Source: Bigelowiella natans CCMP2755 (taxonomy: Eukaryota > Protista > Cercozoa). From it: a stretch of 64,000 nucleotides of DNA. The translations under genes were made by a program, and so were the position numbers. Below, piece after piece: positions 48,648 to 61,550 of the stretch (positions are counted from its first letter, which is position 1; the number at the start of each line of letters is the position of its first letter). A model generated the notes under the pieces. That model was not told where the DNA came from. It did not search any database and saw nothing but the letters and a program-made list of their open reading frames with translations. The stretch spans positions 8,426 to 72,425 of the forward strand of contig ADNK01000237.1 of NCBI GenBank assembly GCA_000320545.1. Reading direction: 5' to 3'.

Positions 48648-49302
48648 GTTATCGCACAACCATGTTGGCGTGTGACACCAGCTAGCCAGCCTCTTATTTT
48701 AAAACCATGATAGCGTGGTTTACAAGCGAAAACGCGAATCTGTAGTTGTATAACCGTGCGATGAACAAAAGTATAAATAATATATTTGACATTGCGCCAG
48801 CAGTCTGCCAGCAACTATGCTGTTGTGTGTATGTAGCTAGGTAGTCGCGGTGTCCTTACTTCGTGCGACACTTTATATTAAAAGGGCCACGATCGTAGCA
48901 GTCAGGCATACTTCTACTATGTTGTAAATTCGTTGCGGCGCTAGCACTCATCATGTACGCGTCAGATGTAGGTATATACATAGGACTGCTTTATTTATCA
49001 TGCATCTAGGCCATGCGTGCGCCGCTGTATTCCGCAAAATATGTTGCTATAGTCAAAAGTAGTGGTACCGTAGCACAACAAGTAAAACGCCTTAAATCAT
49101 GGTTGCATGACATATGATGCGTTATACATCGACATTGCTGTAAATAAAAAAATACATACAGATAACTAGAGAACACAAGCTTCTCGTGCTTCGATTCGAG
49201 ACATTAAAGAGAGAAAAACATGCAGGAAATTGCTTGTTTGCTTGCTCTAGGCCTTCGAACCATCTTCCTCTCGTCAAGTACATCCTTGTCATCCTTACTA
49301 AA

Positions 49303-49408
49303 TTACTTGGTGAGCTCTTTGAACAGATCTAGAGATATTGCTAGTTATGGCAGTGACTTGTTTATGTTGCTGTGTTCATACTACTTATCACAAGACAAAA
49401 GTACGTCG

Positions 49409-49453
<45 letters not shown>

Positions 49454-49616
49454 TTTCTCTACGCCAGCTTTTCGTCACAGCTGTGCCACCCCCGCCTTCT
49501 ACGATCGAGATCCTCCTTTGCCCCTAGTGAAGGGTGAAACCTAGTGGAATAGAAAAGATGCTTAAATATTTTGGTGATTACAAAAGCACCCACGTCCCCT
49601 CCCAAAATTATACACA

Positions 49617-49676
<60 letters not shown>

Positions 49677-49833
49677 TCTATCCACTGCACCTTGGTGTTT
49701 AATCGGAATCCCTTTCCCATCGTGGACGACGCGACAGCTTTTAGGAAGTACGTTCCCACAGCGGTGGAAGGCTTAGCTCTGTATGTTTGTATAGTTATTA
49801 TGAGAATTGCATCCTACACGTAATCCTACTCTC

Positions 49834-49881
<48 letters not shown>

Positions 49882-51502
49882 CCTCTCTGTTCCCTACTTG
49901 TCAATGTCTTTTATCAGTTGTGATATGTTCTCGATCAACTTCTCATCGTCGAAACTCACCTGTAGAAACATAAAGTTAGAGGTAGCAATACAACAAAAGA
50001 ACGACACTTAGCATCAATAATCCTTGCCGACAGCAACCATGATTTGATCGAAAGGGTGAAATCGAGATGGTACGAGGAGAAAAATCCAACGAGTACTGTT
50101 GTCGTTGTTATTCTTCGCATTTTGCATACCTTTCCAACGGGGGCGGAAATGCCGCCATTGCGATCCGTTTTAAATGAGACTTGTCCCTGTTTGCATGATC
50201 GAATTCCATCCTGAATGTCGTTCGTAATCGTGCCCATCTTTGGGTTGGGCATAAGGCCTCGAGGACCCTAGCAGCAGGGCAAGGAAGAAGTGCACACATC
50301 ATCATATGATTACGAGTATAATTGATAGATTAGTACTCCGCAATACTGGTTAATGAATATGAAGTAGCAGAGCCGGAGATCGAACAAAAAGACAGAAGCA
50401 GCATTAGAGTGGCGACGAGCAGTACCACCGGCATTTAACACCGCCACCATCCAGTATAACCATCATCACTTACCAGGACGCGCGCTACTGTCCCCACGAC
50501 CCCCATACAATCTGGGGTGGCTAACACTCGGTCGAAGTCTAGAAATCCATCCTGTCAACACAAAAGCATCAGCAACAACAACAAACGGGCAGCACGTAGG
50601 TGTGTTTTCGAGTCTCCCTATATCGTAGCTACTACTAACTTTAATCTTTTCAGCGAGGTCTTCGGCTCCTACGATGTCTGCTCCCGCAGCTTCGGCCTCC
50701 GCAACTTTTGGACCCTGAGATTCCGTTGAAATAATAACAACAATAAGGAGCCCGGACGTAACAACAATAGATGATATCGACAACACTGATAATAGTGATT
50801 GTGATGATGGTGGTGGTGGTGATGATGATGATGATGATACTAATTTTGATAAGAATATCATAATAAATATAATACTATTCACGGTGGCAAATTCGTTATC
50901 GTTAACAATAATGACAGTTGGTGAGAAGAAAGAAAGAAGAAGAAGACGAAGAAGAAGAAGGAGAAGAAGACGACTTTCTGCAATTCTGCACTACCCACTC
51001 TTATTACACTCACACATTGTCTGTTTACTCGCCATTTATATATATAAGGACTACCTTTGCAAACACGGCAACTCGGACGGTCTTTCCCAATCCGTGTGGA
51101 AGCTCTGCGAGACCTCGCACCATCTGATTGGGCTTTCGTGGGTCTACACCAAGCTTAATCGCCACCTCCACAGTTTCATCGAAGCGGGCGTTTGCGAAGC
51201 ACTTAAGGAGCCTCACGGCCTTACAGAATAGATATCAATCATAATTACTCCATGAAGAACACGTCGACATATTCAAAATCCGATTGCTGGTAGACATCTG
51301 TAAAGCGCTGAGGGGGGGTAGACGTGTACACTCCCCTTCTCTGTGCGTATACTTGGTATTGTTCTACCTCTGGCAAATCATAGGTAACCGCCTGTGGCAC
51401 TTTGGACTTTCTGACGACCTTCTGCTCTTTGGAGCTAGCCTGTGTGGCGAGCGAGGAGAAGCGCAAGAGTGGACGGCGCGAGAGCTGCCGCAGAGCACGC
51501 AT
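49303..51502 (-). CDS. MRPL1: Mitochondrial ribosomal protein uL1
   Basis: Mitochondrial presequence [17 protein letters not shown]; [26 protein letters not shown]...[28 protein letters not shown] and SSTMGKG. 3' end approximate. Confidence 0.93.
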
Positions 51503-51867
51503 TCAGGCTGATGAGTTCTTTCTCTTACCAATGAGGAAATCCATGCCCAGCTAATTCGGGAAAACCGCCTTTAATAGCCTCTATAATATCCATAATTTTG
51601 AAGTCGTAAGGTGTGATTTAAAGCCGTTCTCCATCACAGTCCCCCGGCTTGGGTGGCCTGAAAACCAGCGTACGTTCCACATCGAACCATTTACCGAGAG
51701 AGACGCGAAAGTTTCGCCGGTCCCTCCTGGAAAAATTAGGTTGGTTCATTATTATCTCCGAGTCCTACATCTATTACGATATATCTGGTGTTTATTTATT
51801 TCTAAATAAAATCTAGGTGGAAGACGCAAGACCCTCGGCGTTAATCGGCTGGAACGAACGGCTCAAG

Positions 51868-54298
51868 ATGGCGTCCAGGGCTATCCGGCGAGCTCTGCTG
51901 CTCTCGCAGCATGGGCGGCCGGGAACCCAACGAGCCACGCCTCCGTTGTCAGCACTGAAGTCTCCATTCTCAACAGCACGGATGAAGGTGTCGAATGGAA
52001 GCAAATCCACCGTACACGGTAACCACAAGAAGTCAGGAGAGGGGGAAGAAGGAACAGCAACGACACCTCTCGAGCTTCAAAGGAACAAGGACAGTGCTGT
52101 GGCTCCTCCTGAAGATGACAAGGCAAAAAAGAAGTCTACTAGCGAATATACCTTCCCAAAGCTTCCAAAAAGAAGTGCCCTTCGTAGCCCAGAGGCCCGG
52201 GAAAAGGTAGTGGTGGTAGTAGTGGTGTAGTAGTGAGAAACGTTACGATGGAGCCTGGTCGTCTACCTACCTGTTCACCGGCCAGTTTTCCCATAGATAG
52301 AAAAGAAGATAGAGAGAGGGGGGAGGAGAGGGGGGGGGGGGGGGGCACATAAGAAGCAAAGTGGGGAGAATAGGAGCACAAAGCCTAAAGCGAGTTTAAG
52401 GAGGGTTCGAATTTGTTTTGAGGGATTATGGGTATAAATAGAAGTTAAAAACTGCCAGGAAATGGTGAATGAACCTTAACACTAATTGCAGGCGCTTGCT
52501 GCACTCGATTCGAGGATGATGCAGACTACAGAAGAAATCGACGAGAGCACAGTGTATGTTACTCGCTGCTTCGAGAAGCCAATAACCCTCGGCTATGCGC
52601 ACTCTACCCTTCTCAACCGCTGCTTCCATGACCTCCAATCTGAGTTGAAGAAAGCTCTTTCAGATAGTAAGAATGGTGACCTGAAAAATAGTGGCCACTT
52701 ACTTCCCTCCTCTTCGTCTGAATTGCTGCCAGCGTCTACCCAGCAGCCGGCCCCTCGAAATGATGGGCGGCTCCATATCGCTGAGAAAGGTGAGGAAAGC
52801 GCAGCGGCAGATCAACCAGCGAGTAGTAAATACAATGAGCCCGGGGCTGGACATAGTGATACGCTCTCATTGATTGGCTCCGAGGATACCGAACTCACAA
52901 AGTCATCGTCACTAAATTATGACACGGAAAAGGCAGCAGCAGCGGTTGTCCCTGTTGTAAGCAGGGACCCTGCCGTTCAGCAAGCTATGAATCGCCTTGT
53001 ACGCGTATTTGACCACGTCTGCGAGCATGGCGACCCCTCAGCCTCGCACTATACAATGGTAGTTAATAAAATCTTTATTATTCATATGCAGGTGTGCGTG
53101 CTGGAAAACAATCTCTGTTTTTTTCCACCACCTTCCTTCTCTTCGAACACCTCTTATTCCTCCTCCCAATATAAAGATGATGAGCACGTACCTACGCCTC
53201 GGTCACCTAGACAAGGTGCTGGATGTCTACCGTACGATGACTATCGACGACAGAAAGCCGGTAGTAATATTACTAGCGGTACAAGTAGGTTGGCCAAATT
53301 TTCCGTACCTTCCTTTTAATGACAACTTCTACCCATCTCTCTTTCTCTCTCTCTCTTTCTCTTATATTTATCTCCCTCCCTTACCCTCACTCCCCCCCCC
53401 CCCCCCCTCTCCCGCTCTCCTCCTAATATCAGGATGCGACGACATGCAATGTGCTCATCCGGACGTTCGTGAATGCTGGCCACATGAAGGGCGCGATGCA
53501 AGTTTATCGGTTGGCAAGCACATCATATCCCCCAATCACGCCCGACGTTACCATAAGGCCCATTTTCTTCACCTTCTTTTGGTTAAAACGCTCTCGTCTC
53601 TCCTCCTCCTCCTCCTCTTTCATAAAGATCTATGAAGACGGGCAAAAGGCAGCCGAGACCGGACGCCTATACGTTCTCAACGTTCATCAATGCGCTCTCC
53701 GAGGAAGGGCCGAACCAAGACCTGAAGCTAGCTTACGAGGTGGTAGAGGAGATAGTAGTCATGGCAGGCAGGGCAGCAGCATGTATGTTTTACGCGTTGG
53801 TAGGCGTATCCCCGCCCCCCTCTTTAATTCTCTTGTTGTTCTCTTCTTTGTGTCGTACAGGTGTTGACGGACATGCAAAAGAGCGTCCGTGGCAGACATC
53901 GGGAGAAGCAGGTGTATGGCTTCAGTCCGCTGATAAACGCTCTTGCAAAGGCGGGAGAACTAGAAGCTGCACACAGGCTGGTGGAGATTATGCAAGTGAG
54001 ATCATAAGATAAAATGCTCTGTCTCCCCCCCCTCCTCGCTCTCTGCCCCTCTGTGTCCCCATCCCTCCCTCTCTTTCTCCCTTCTTCATTATCCTCTTCC
54101 CTCCCCTCCCTTATATTGTTCACGCTTCCCTGATATTTGGTTGATGCTATTATTGCGCAGGTTCGATCTCGAGTAAAGCCAAACGTCGTCATATACAACT
54201 CTCTTTTAGGTAGTAGTGGTAGCAGTAGCTTTTTTAGATATCACCCATATGGAAATTAAATATAAAATAGAATACTAACAAATTACAGCGCACGGATA

Positions 54299-54341
<43 letters not shown>

Positions 54342-55697
54342 TCCCCCCGCTTCCCCCTCTCTAATTTACACATACACCGTATGTTTAGAATACATGCAAA
54401 CGCTAACTTCCTCATAGCACGTGCATAATTCTCGCTAGCCGCTACTTTCTCGCGCTCTTCCTCCATTACAACTACTACGATAAACACAATCAGCTGGTCA
54501 TGCTCGCAAGGGGGATAGTGACGGCTGTGCGAGAGTGTTGGAATCTATGAGACGTAACAAGGTGGATGCTGTCACAAAGATGAGCAGAATGATGATGATG
54601 ATTAAATGATTATGATTATGATTATGATGATGAGCTTCGTGGGGAGTTGGCAATCAGGAATCCCTACAGGGCGAGCTTGCTTACGTGCTTTACTCTGTCT
54701 TTCCTCACCACGCGCTAGCGTATATGCTTAGATCTGCGTTGCATTTGCCCTCTGCGCCAGCTGCGTAACTTTCTCCCATTTCTGTCCCCCCCTTATTCTC
54801 CACACTCACTTGTCCTCCTCTTCCGTCCCCTTACCCAGGTGGAACCGACAGCAGTAAGCTCGATGAGCCTGTTCAATAGCTACAAGTCGACTGGTTTCCA
54901 TACCGCCATTCCGGCTGTCGATTCGTTGGACAGGGTAGTGTTGTTGCTGGCCTCTTTTCACCGTACACTTGAGATATATCGTAGCATTTACGTGTGCTAC
55001 TGCTTCTTTGGGCGTGCTACATTTTCAAACCCCCGTGCCGCCATCCTGAACATCATATCTCTGTGAAACTTTGCATGTAGATGGCGGAGACGTGGGATGT
55101 ATTTGATGCACACCCGAGCACGTTGACGTGGCTCGTGGATAGCGCGGGCCTTCTGCTCAAGCACGCTCGGCTCGTGTCCAAGGCGACGACGGATAGTGAA
55201 GAAGAAGAAGCACGGGTATATAATGATGACGAGGAGGCAGATGAAAGTGACGGGGACTCCTCCGCATCTCTCCATCTCGGCGCAGAGGAGGTGAGAGAGC
55301 TGCAGATCAAAATTCGAGAGAAGGGGATCTCTTCTATGGACGCGTTGGAAGTTTTCGAAGCCGCCCTCGACCATGGTAGTATCTGCGTTGCTTATTCATT
55401 TTGTTTACCCCTGTTGTGGGCACGCATATATTTCCTGCAATTAAATTAATCAATGCATCCCTCATGTAGGCAGAAACTTGTCTTTGTGTTTTTCTATCAC
55501 TGCTCCGTATTACTAACGAAGAAGCGCCCGCACCATCACCATAGGTTATTCACCTCGCATACGCTCCTCCAGCCTAAATCTTACACGTCTCGCTAGTGCG
55601 GAAGGAACAGTTTTGGCAATTGAAAATGGTAATATGGTGACTGGCAAGTGGGTGGGTGTACGGGATATTGGGGTGTAGTGAACGATGCCGGCCTTTC

Positions 55698-55730
<33 letters not shown>

Positions 55731-56571
55731 CCAAAATGAAAATCTATGTTTTCACTTGAGATCTAATGATGATTATGTTAATTGCCATACCTCGATACGG
55801 GGGCAGCGCGCATAGGAGAGCTACCTAAAAAAAATGTTATGTCGCTGCTTTTTGAAAATGCCTGCTCTTACTGCTGTTATCTGCTGCTACTGTAGCGCTT
55901 CGGGGGCTGGTGGAAGTGAGAGAAAAGCACATCCAGAAGAGGAGAAAAAGGAGCAAAAGCGCCAGCAAAAGCAAGGCCAACAGCGATGATGCTGATGATG
56001 CTGATGATGCTGACGATGCAAGCTTCAGTGAGTGGACGCCTGATGGTAAAGCACAGATCGATGGGCCTGTTATCAAGAAGAAAGGTCTCTTCGTTCTGAC
56101 AGGAAGGTTTATAGATGACACCACTGTGTAGAGTAGCAGCAACAGCAAAGCGACCAGAAGAATGCTTATAGTAGTCTCTCGTGCCTCTCCCACTATTACC
56201 GATCCATCCGCGCAACGACTCATCCAACAATTCCCTCCTCCTCTTCTCCTCCCCTCCCGCCCCCTGTCTAATCTGATATATTGCATGCATGTTCCTCTAG
56301 GCGCTCGATCCCACACCGCGTGAAGCAATATCTAAGTAAATTCAAGCCGAAGCTTATTGTCAAGTGCATAGAAGGGGGGAGAGGAGGTGGAGGAAGACCA
56401 TCGGAAAAAGAAGGAGCGGTTGAAGGCATCAGCAGCGGCGGTGCCACGCCACCAGAGCAAACGTTGTACATCAGCAAGGCCAGTGTTCTTAAATGGGTCA
56501 AAGATCAGAAAAGAAGCGGATGGGCTCATCGCCGCAGTGGCAGCAGCCATAGCAGCAGTACCTTGGAGTAA
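51868..56571 (+). CDS. Pentatricopeptide-repeat protein with probable C-terminal SMR domain, organelle-targeted
   Basis: PPR motifs (HYTMMMSTYLRLG, DATTCNVLIRTFVNAG, PDAYTFSTFINAL, YGFSPLINALAKAG, KPNVVIYNSLL). C-terminal LNL...A...LFVLTGR...VKQYL...YISKASVLKW pattern resembles Smr. Basic N-terminal presequence. Confidence 0.8.
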
Positions 56572-56658
56572 TTAGTCTTAGAGTCTGAACTGTTGACCTG
56601 CATTAAAGATGTCCGTGTTAAGGAACACCTTTGTAAGGCCGACTCTATGTTAACTCAC

Positions 56659-56692
<34 letters not shown>

Positions 56693-57430
56693 GGTGCAAC
56701 TATGAGCTGTGCTGCAGTGTGCGATGTCTAGGTGTATCATGTCGTATTTAGATAGGTTTAGAGGTACGTTTGCTGGAGTAATATCACTGGTCACTGCAGT
56801 AGCGCAGCATGCATGCAGCTCATGTGGAAAGTGCTTACCTTCTGTGGGTGACATCAAATTCTCCGCCATCGCTAAGCATCGCAATGTCAATGCTTCTTTT
56901 TCTGATCGACGCTTCATGAGCACAATCTACATCAAACATGGCTAGATGTTCTTTATGTCTCTCTAGATCTAGCTAAATACAGCGGAATGCTTTGCCATGA
57001 GCGAGCTAAGCATCATCGTATGTTACTTATATACTAGGTCAGTATACATTGCCTTGCTAGCTTGCGCAAAAAAAAAAATACATATTGATTAGTCGACCCA
57101 GCTATAGCCAGCTGCCGGGATGCTTTTATTTTACACAGCAAATGGCCAATTATCACTGGTCACTGTAGTAGCCTTCATGTCAAGCAGTCATGCATACTAG
57201 CATACCACAGCGCTTATATATGCATGCACACATGCATCGATCATATGAGTCAGCAGACATGCCGCCGTGAATAGTGGGGACAATTAAGCTAATAAGACGT
57301 GCGATAGGCAGCAGGGCTAGAGGAGGAGGCGGATTAAAAGCACGCATATCTTATGTTTGTTACTTTGATCTGAAATTCATTGAATTATTGACATAATTGA
57401 TAACATTGACTCTATGTATACATGTATAAC

Positions 57431-59242
57431 TCACAGCACGTCGACACTGACGGGAGATCTATTGTTGCTAGATCCTTTAGCATAGGTTATTGCTTTCGCA
57501 TCGTCAGCACGTTCATCATTGGTATTTCCTCCGAGTTCTAGGATTTGATTTTTCTCTACATGGAAGGTGCTATTGTCGCTCACGTACCGTACTTTCACAG
57601 TTCCTATAAATCGCTTCCCGCTGGGCTTTGGGAGTTCGACAATTGCTCTTTCTATCTCCCCGTTAGGCATGCGGATCGACACCTCCTGTCCCTTCCGTAA
57701 TGCATTTTCCTCCCCCCCTCCCCTAGCGAGCTTGAGTAATTTTTCGACTCCTGCAGGTCTGTTGATATCTGGCGCCCCTGGCGGTGGCCCTTGCATGAGC
57801 GACATCGATATCCTTGGTCGTGAGCGAGCAACTAGCTCGTTTTCCTCAGAGGTCTGTATGTCGCCGTCTCGGTACAAATGCCACTTATCGAACTGCTCCT
57901 TAGTTTCAGCTCCCACCACTACCTTATGTGGTCGTACACGGGCCGACGTTTTGCATGCCTCAGTGCAGCATCCCTGACGCGCCTCCCAGCAGGCCTCGCA
58001 ACAGAGATGAAGCCGGTTGCAGTCCACATTGCAGCAGTTCCGGAAGATCTCCGTTTTCTTGCTGCAGTGAAGGCATCTCCCCACGACCTCCGAGTTCTCT
58101 CCAAGAGGGACGGCATTGCGTCTGTCGAAGACGAAGAGTTTACCGCGCCAGTTGTCGTCCCCGACTACATTGCCGTAGTGTTGGATGCCCCCCTGCAGTT
58201 TGTAAACCTTATCGAAGCCCCTTTTCTTCAACATGGCTGAGTAAATCTCACATCGTATACCGCCCGTGCAGTACATCATAATAGGCGTATCGGTCTTGTT
58301 TGGCAGCTTGTCCAAGTCGTAGGCCTCCACCGGGTCGAATTCCTTGAATTCACGATATTTAGGACGGGATGCTCCCTCGAAGTGCCCTAGATCCCACTCA
58401 TAGTTATTGCGGACGTCGAGCACCACTGCACCAGTTTCCTTGCGCTTATCAAGCATCTCTTTCCACTGCTCCGGGGCGATATCTTCGCCCCGACCACCGA
58501 TAAGATCCATGTCCTCCTTCTCCCAGCCCCCGACTAGGGGCACAAGCCGCTTCTCTTTGCACCGGAGGCGAGGGAAGGCCAGCTCTGGAGAGGGGTCCAA
58601 CTTGAAGATTATACGAGTATCCTGATGTCTTGTAGAAATCCATTCCATATAGTCCTCGATGTCCTTGGCGGATCCTGACACCTGGGAGTTTATGCCATCA
58701 GCGCTCACGTACACCCTCCCAACGATGCCCCGCTCGCTAAGATACGCACGATTCGATTCGACCTCAACATCAATGTCCGACACCCTAGCAATCACGTAGA
58801 ATGCCAAAACACGGTAGTCATACATCTCTATCTCATCGGCTGTGAAGTTCTTTGGTAAGGAGATCTTGTTCTTTCCGATCCGTGTTCGAACAGGAGATGT
58901 TCGTTGGAGCTGCTGCTCGCCGTCGCTTGCAAGCCCCCTAATTTTCCCAAGTGTCCCCCCTCGCCTTCCTCTAATGAGATAATTGCGAGAATGGAATGTT
59001 TCTTTGGAGGACAGGCGACGAGGGCTTCTACCGCAGTTGTTAGGGAGCATTGGTGTCTGTTGGGAGCAGCACGAAGCTGGGCCTGGCATAGCTGCACGAA
59101 GGCGAACGCCGCTGAAAAAGGTCATAACGAGGAGTGCACATGGGAGTGCGTAGAAAAAGATCGAGACCGTCTTCATCGAACGTGGTTTTTGCCGCCTTAT
59201 TCCAGATGGCAGGGTGGGAGGCCCCACCTCTGTCAACCCCAT
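57431..59242 (-). CDS. trhO: Plastid-targeted TrhO/YceA-family rhodanese-domain protein (tRNA U34 hydroxylase-like), intronless
   Basis: GRVYVSADGINSQVSG, VLDVRNNYEWDLGHFEGA, MYCTGGIRCE, YKLQGGI, GKLFVFDRR and a Cys-rich C-terminal cluster. Signal peptide plus transit peptide at the N-terminus. Confidence 0.9.
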   Translation of the reverse strand: MGLTEVGPPTLPSGIRRQKPRSMKTVSIFFYALPCALLVMTFFSGVRLRAAMPGPASCCSQQTPMLPNNCGRSPRRLSSKETFHSRNYLIRGRRGGTLGKIRGLASDGEQQLQRTSPVRTRIGKNKISLPKNFTADEIEMYDYRVLAFYVIARVSDIDVEVESNRAYLSERGIVGRVYVSADGINSQVSGSAKDIEDYMEWISTRHQDTRIIFKLDPSPELAFPRLRCKEKRLVPLVGGWEKEDMDLIGGRGEDIAPEQWKEMLDKRKETGAVVLDVRNNYEWDLGHFEGASRPKYREFKEFDPVEAYDLDKLPNKTDTPIMMYCTGGIRCEIYSAMLKKRGFDKVYKLQGGIQHYGNVVGDDNWRGKLFVFDRRNAVPLGENSEVVGRCLHCSKKTEIFRNCCNVDCNRLHLCCEACWEARQGCCTEACKTSARVRPHKVVVGAETKEQFDKWHLYRDGDIQTSEENELVARSRPRISMSLMQGPPPGAPDINRPAGVEKLLKLARGGGEENALRKGQEVSIRMPNGEIERAIVELPKPSGKRFIGTVKVRYVSDNSTFHVEKNQILELGGNTNDERADDAKAITYAKGSSNNRSPVSVDVL

Positions 59243-59667
59243 TCGTTGAGTATTAGTTTTTAGTTCGTAGCTATTATTTAGCGTCGGGCATCACGGTTGT
59301 CGTAGCTATAAAATCGTCTCCGGTTTTATCAGATTTGGGAAATATGATGACCACCGCAGATCTCCGAGAGAGAGAGAGAGAGAGTGAGAGAGAGGGGTAG
59401 TTTTTGCACCTTGAAAACACGAATGTGCGAAGCGTGGGTGGAAATGTGCCAACAAAAAGTGTTGCGAAGTTATTGCCGACTAATATTGAGTCTCGATACG
59501 AGCAGCTACCCCCGAAACATCCGACAAATACCGGTCGAAAAGAGGAAAAAGACAGTCTTGATAAGTGTTGGGAAGTTGTTGCCGATGGTGAGTCTCCGTC
59601 TGCTGTTCGTCTGGCTACGAGCGGAGGAACGGAAAACGCAGGAGAAGCAGTGTCTGCCACGGGCTAC

Positions 59668-61495
59668 ATGCCTCCGAGTAGTAGTAACCTCCTGCAGTCA
59701 ATGAACGACGCTTTCGGCAACCGTGTGGCTGTGAGATGCGGCAGCACTCTCCTGTAAACATTATACAATCGACTCTCCTTCCAAATGTGTATGTGTCCGT
59801 TTGCATGTGGTCCTGGGGTAGCTTTTAATGGGATGCTAGTAGCCAGGTTAAGGGCTCATGTTCCGAGTATCGTAGACCGGCTGAGCCATTCTGAGCCGTT
59901 CTGGCGGGGAACGAGTGCTCCATGCGAACCCCCTCTTTGACCACGCCCCTATTGGCGTTCATGATGGTCATGGAATGTAATTTCTGCTTATGCTTTCATC
60001 CTACAGGTTGGCGTCTTCGTTGGTGCTATTCGTCGGGTATTTCCAGCACAGAACAGAGACAGATGATTTAGGCATGAGTATCCGAACTAGAATGATGACC
60101 ACCCAATATAGCAATAAGCTAAGCACGAGGCGGAGAAACCTCCAATCAGCTGTATCACGTCACCGCCAACCCTCATCGCTCCCTCCCCCTTCCTTCGCAG
60201 CAACGGTACCTCCAATTACTTTCCTTGTTCACCGTCTCACAACTTTCCTCACTATGAGGCGGTTACTTGCTTTCGAATAACCTGCCTCTCTTCCGAGGAG
60301 GAGAGAGGAGAGGAGAGGAGAGGAAAGAGGAGAGCAGAGAAAGGGAAAGTGGAAGAGAAGAGGGAGGAGAAGAGTGATGCCGATTACGGAATGCTACTCG
60401 ATCTTTACAAGGCCTATAAGCTTTTGATGCGCCTTCTCATAGGAGTTAAACCGAGGCTGGAGCAATGCTATTGCACCGTCGAAGCGACGGAGACTGTCAG
60501 TGTTTGCAGCAGATGGAGGTACATGTGAAGCGGGGAGAAAAGGAGAGGGAGTGAGTCGGGGGGGGGGGGGAGAATATCGCTTCTCTCTATATCCTGCCGT
60601 CGTTCATTTATTCGCATGCCCACTCCTTCTGTCTATATGTCTCTCTCACCGCCCACCTTCCTTCCCTCCCTCTTTCCCTCCTTCCCAACAGAAGAGGACC
60701 CTAAGGAGGCATTAATAAAGAGCCTGACAAAAGCCTCGACGGATGAGGAGTTCAATTCTTTAGTGGACGAGAGTACGATGCTCATTGACTCTCAATTCTG
60801 GCTCAAGATAAATTCTCTCTCAAAGCAAGCCCCCAATTCACACGAGACTGACCGCCTGTCCACCGTTGCACAGAAGGTCGGGTGGGCGGGGGAGGGAGGG
60901 AGGCAATTTCTTTTTCTTCTTCAACACCTCTCAGTGATAGCTTTCTGCATCATTTTCCCCCACTTCCTATGCCATGGGGAATTACGTACCCCTCTTTATT
61001 TTTTATTTGTTTGTTTGTTTGTTTATGTATGTGTGTGTGTGTGTTTGTGTGTGCACAATGCCTACAGGTTTGGATTCGTCTCGAAGAGCTAAACAAAGGG
61101 GCAGAAGACGACAGGTAAATCATCGGAAAAGTCTTCTCTTTCTCCTTGCATCTGCTACTGAGACGGAATAGATGTATTACTGCTCCAATCTGACTTACTA
61201 ATCAATGTGATCAGTGGTAATGGTCTCGATGAGTACTACGCCGTGTTGGGGTCGCCTGATGAGGAGATCCAGGTATGTAATTGACGTTTCGCGCCTTGCT
61301 ACCAAGAAAATGATTTGTGTTGTATTCGATGCAATATAAAACACTAATGATGACAATGACCTACGGTTTATACTGACATTATTAGTACATATTACTGGCA
61401 CATAGCACACAAACGTACACACACACACGCACACACACACACACACATATACTTATTTAATAGGTATGTATACTAAACATGCTCTTTCCCCCATC

Positions 61496-61550
<55 letters not shown>

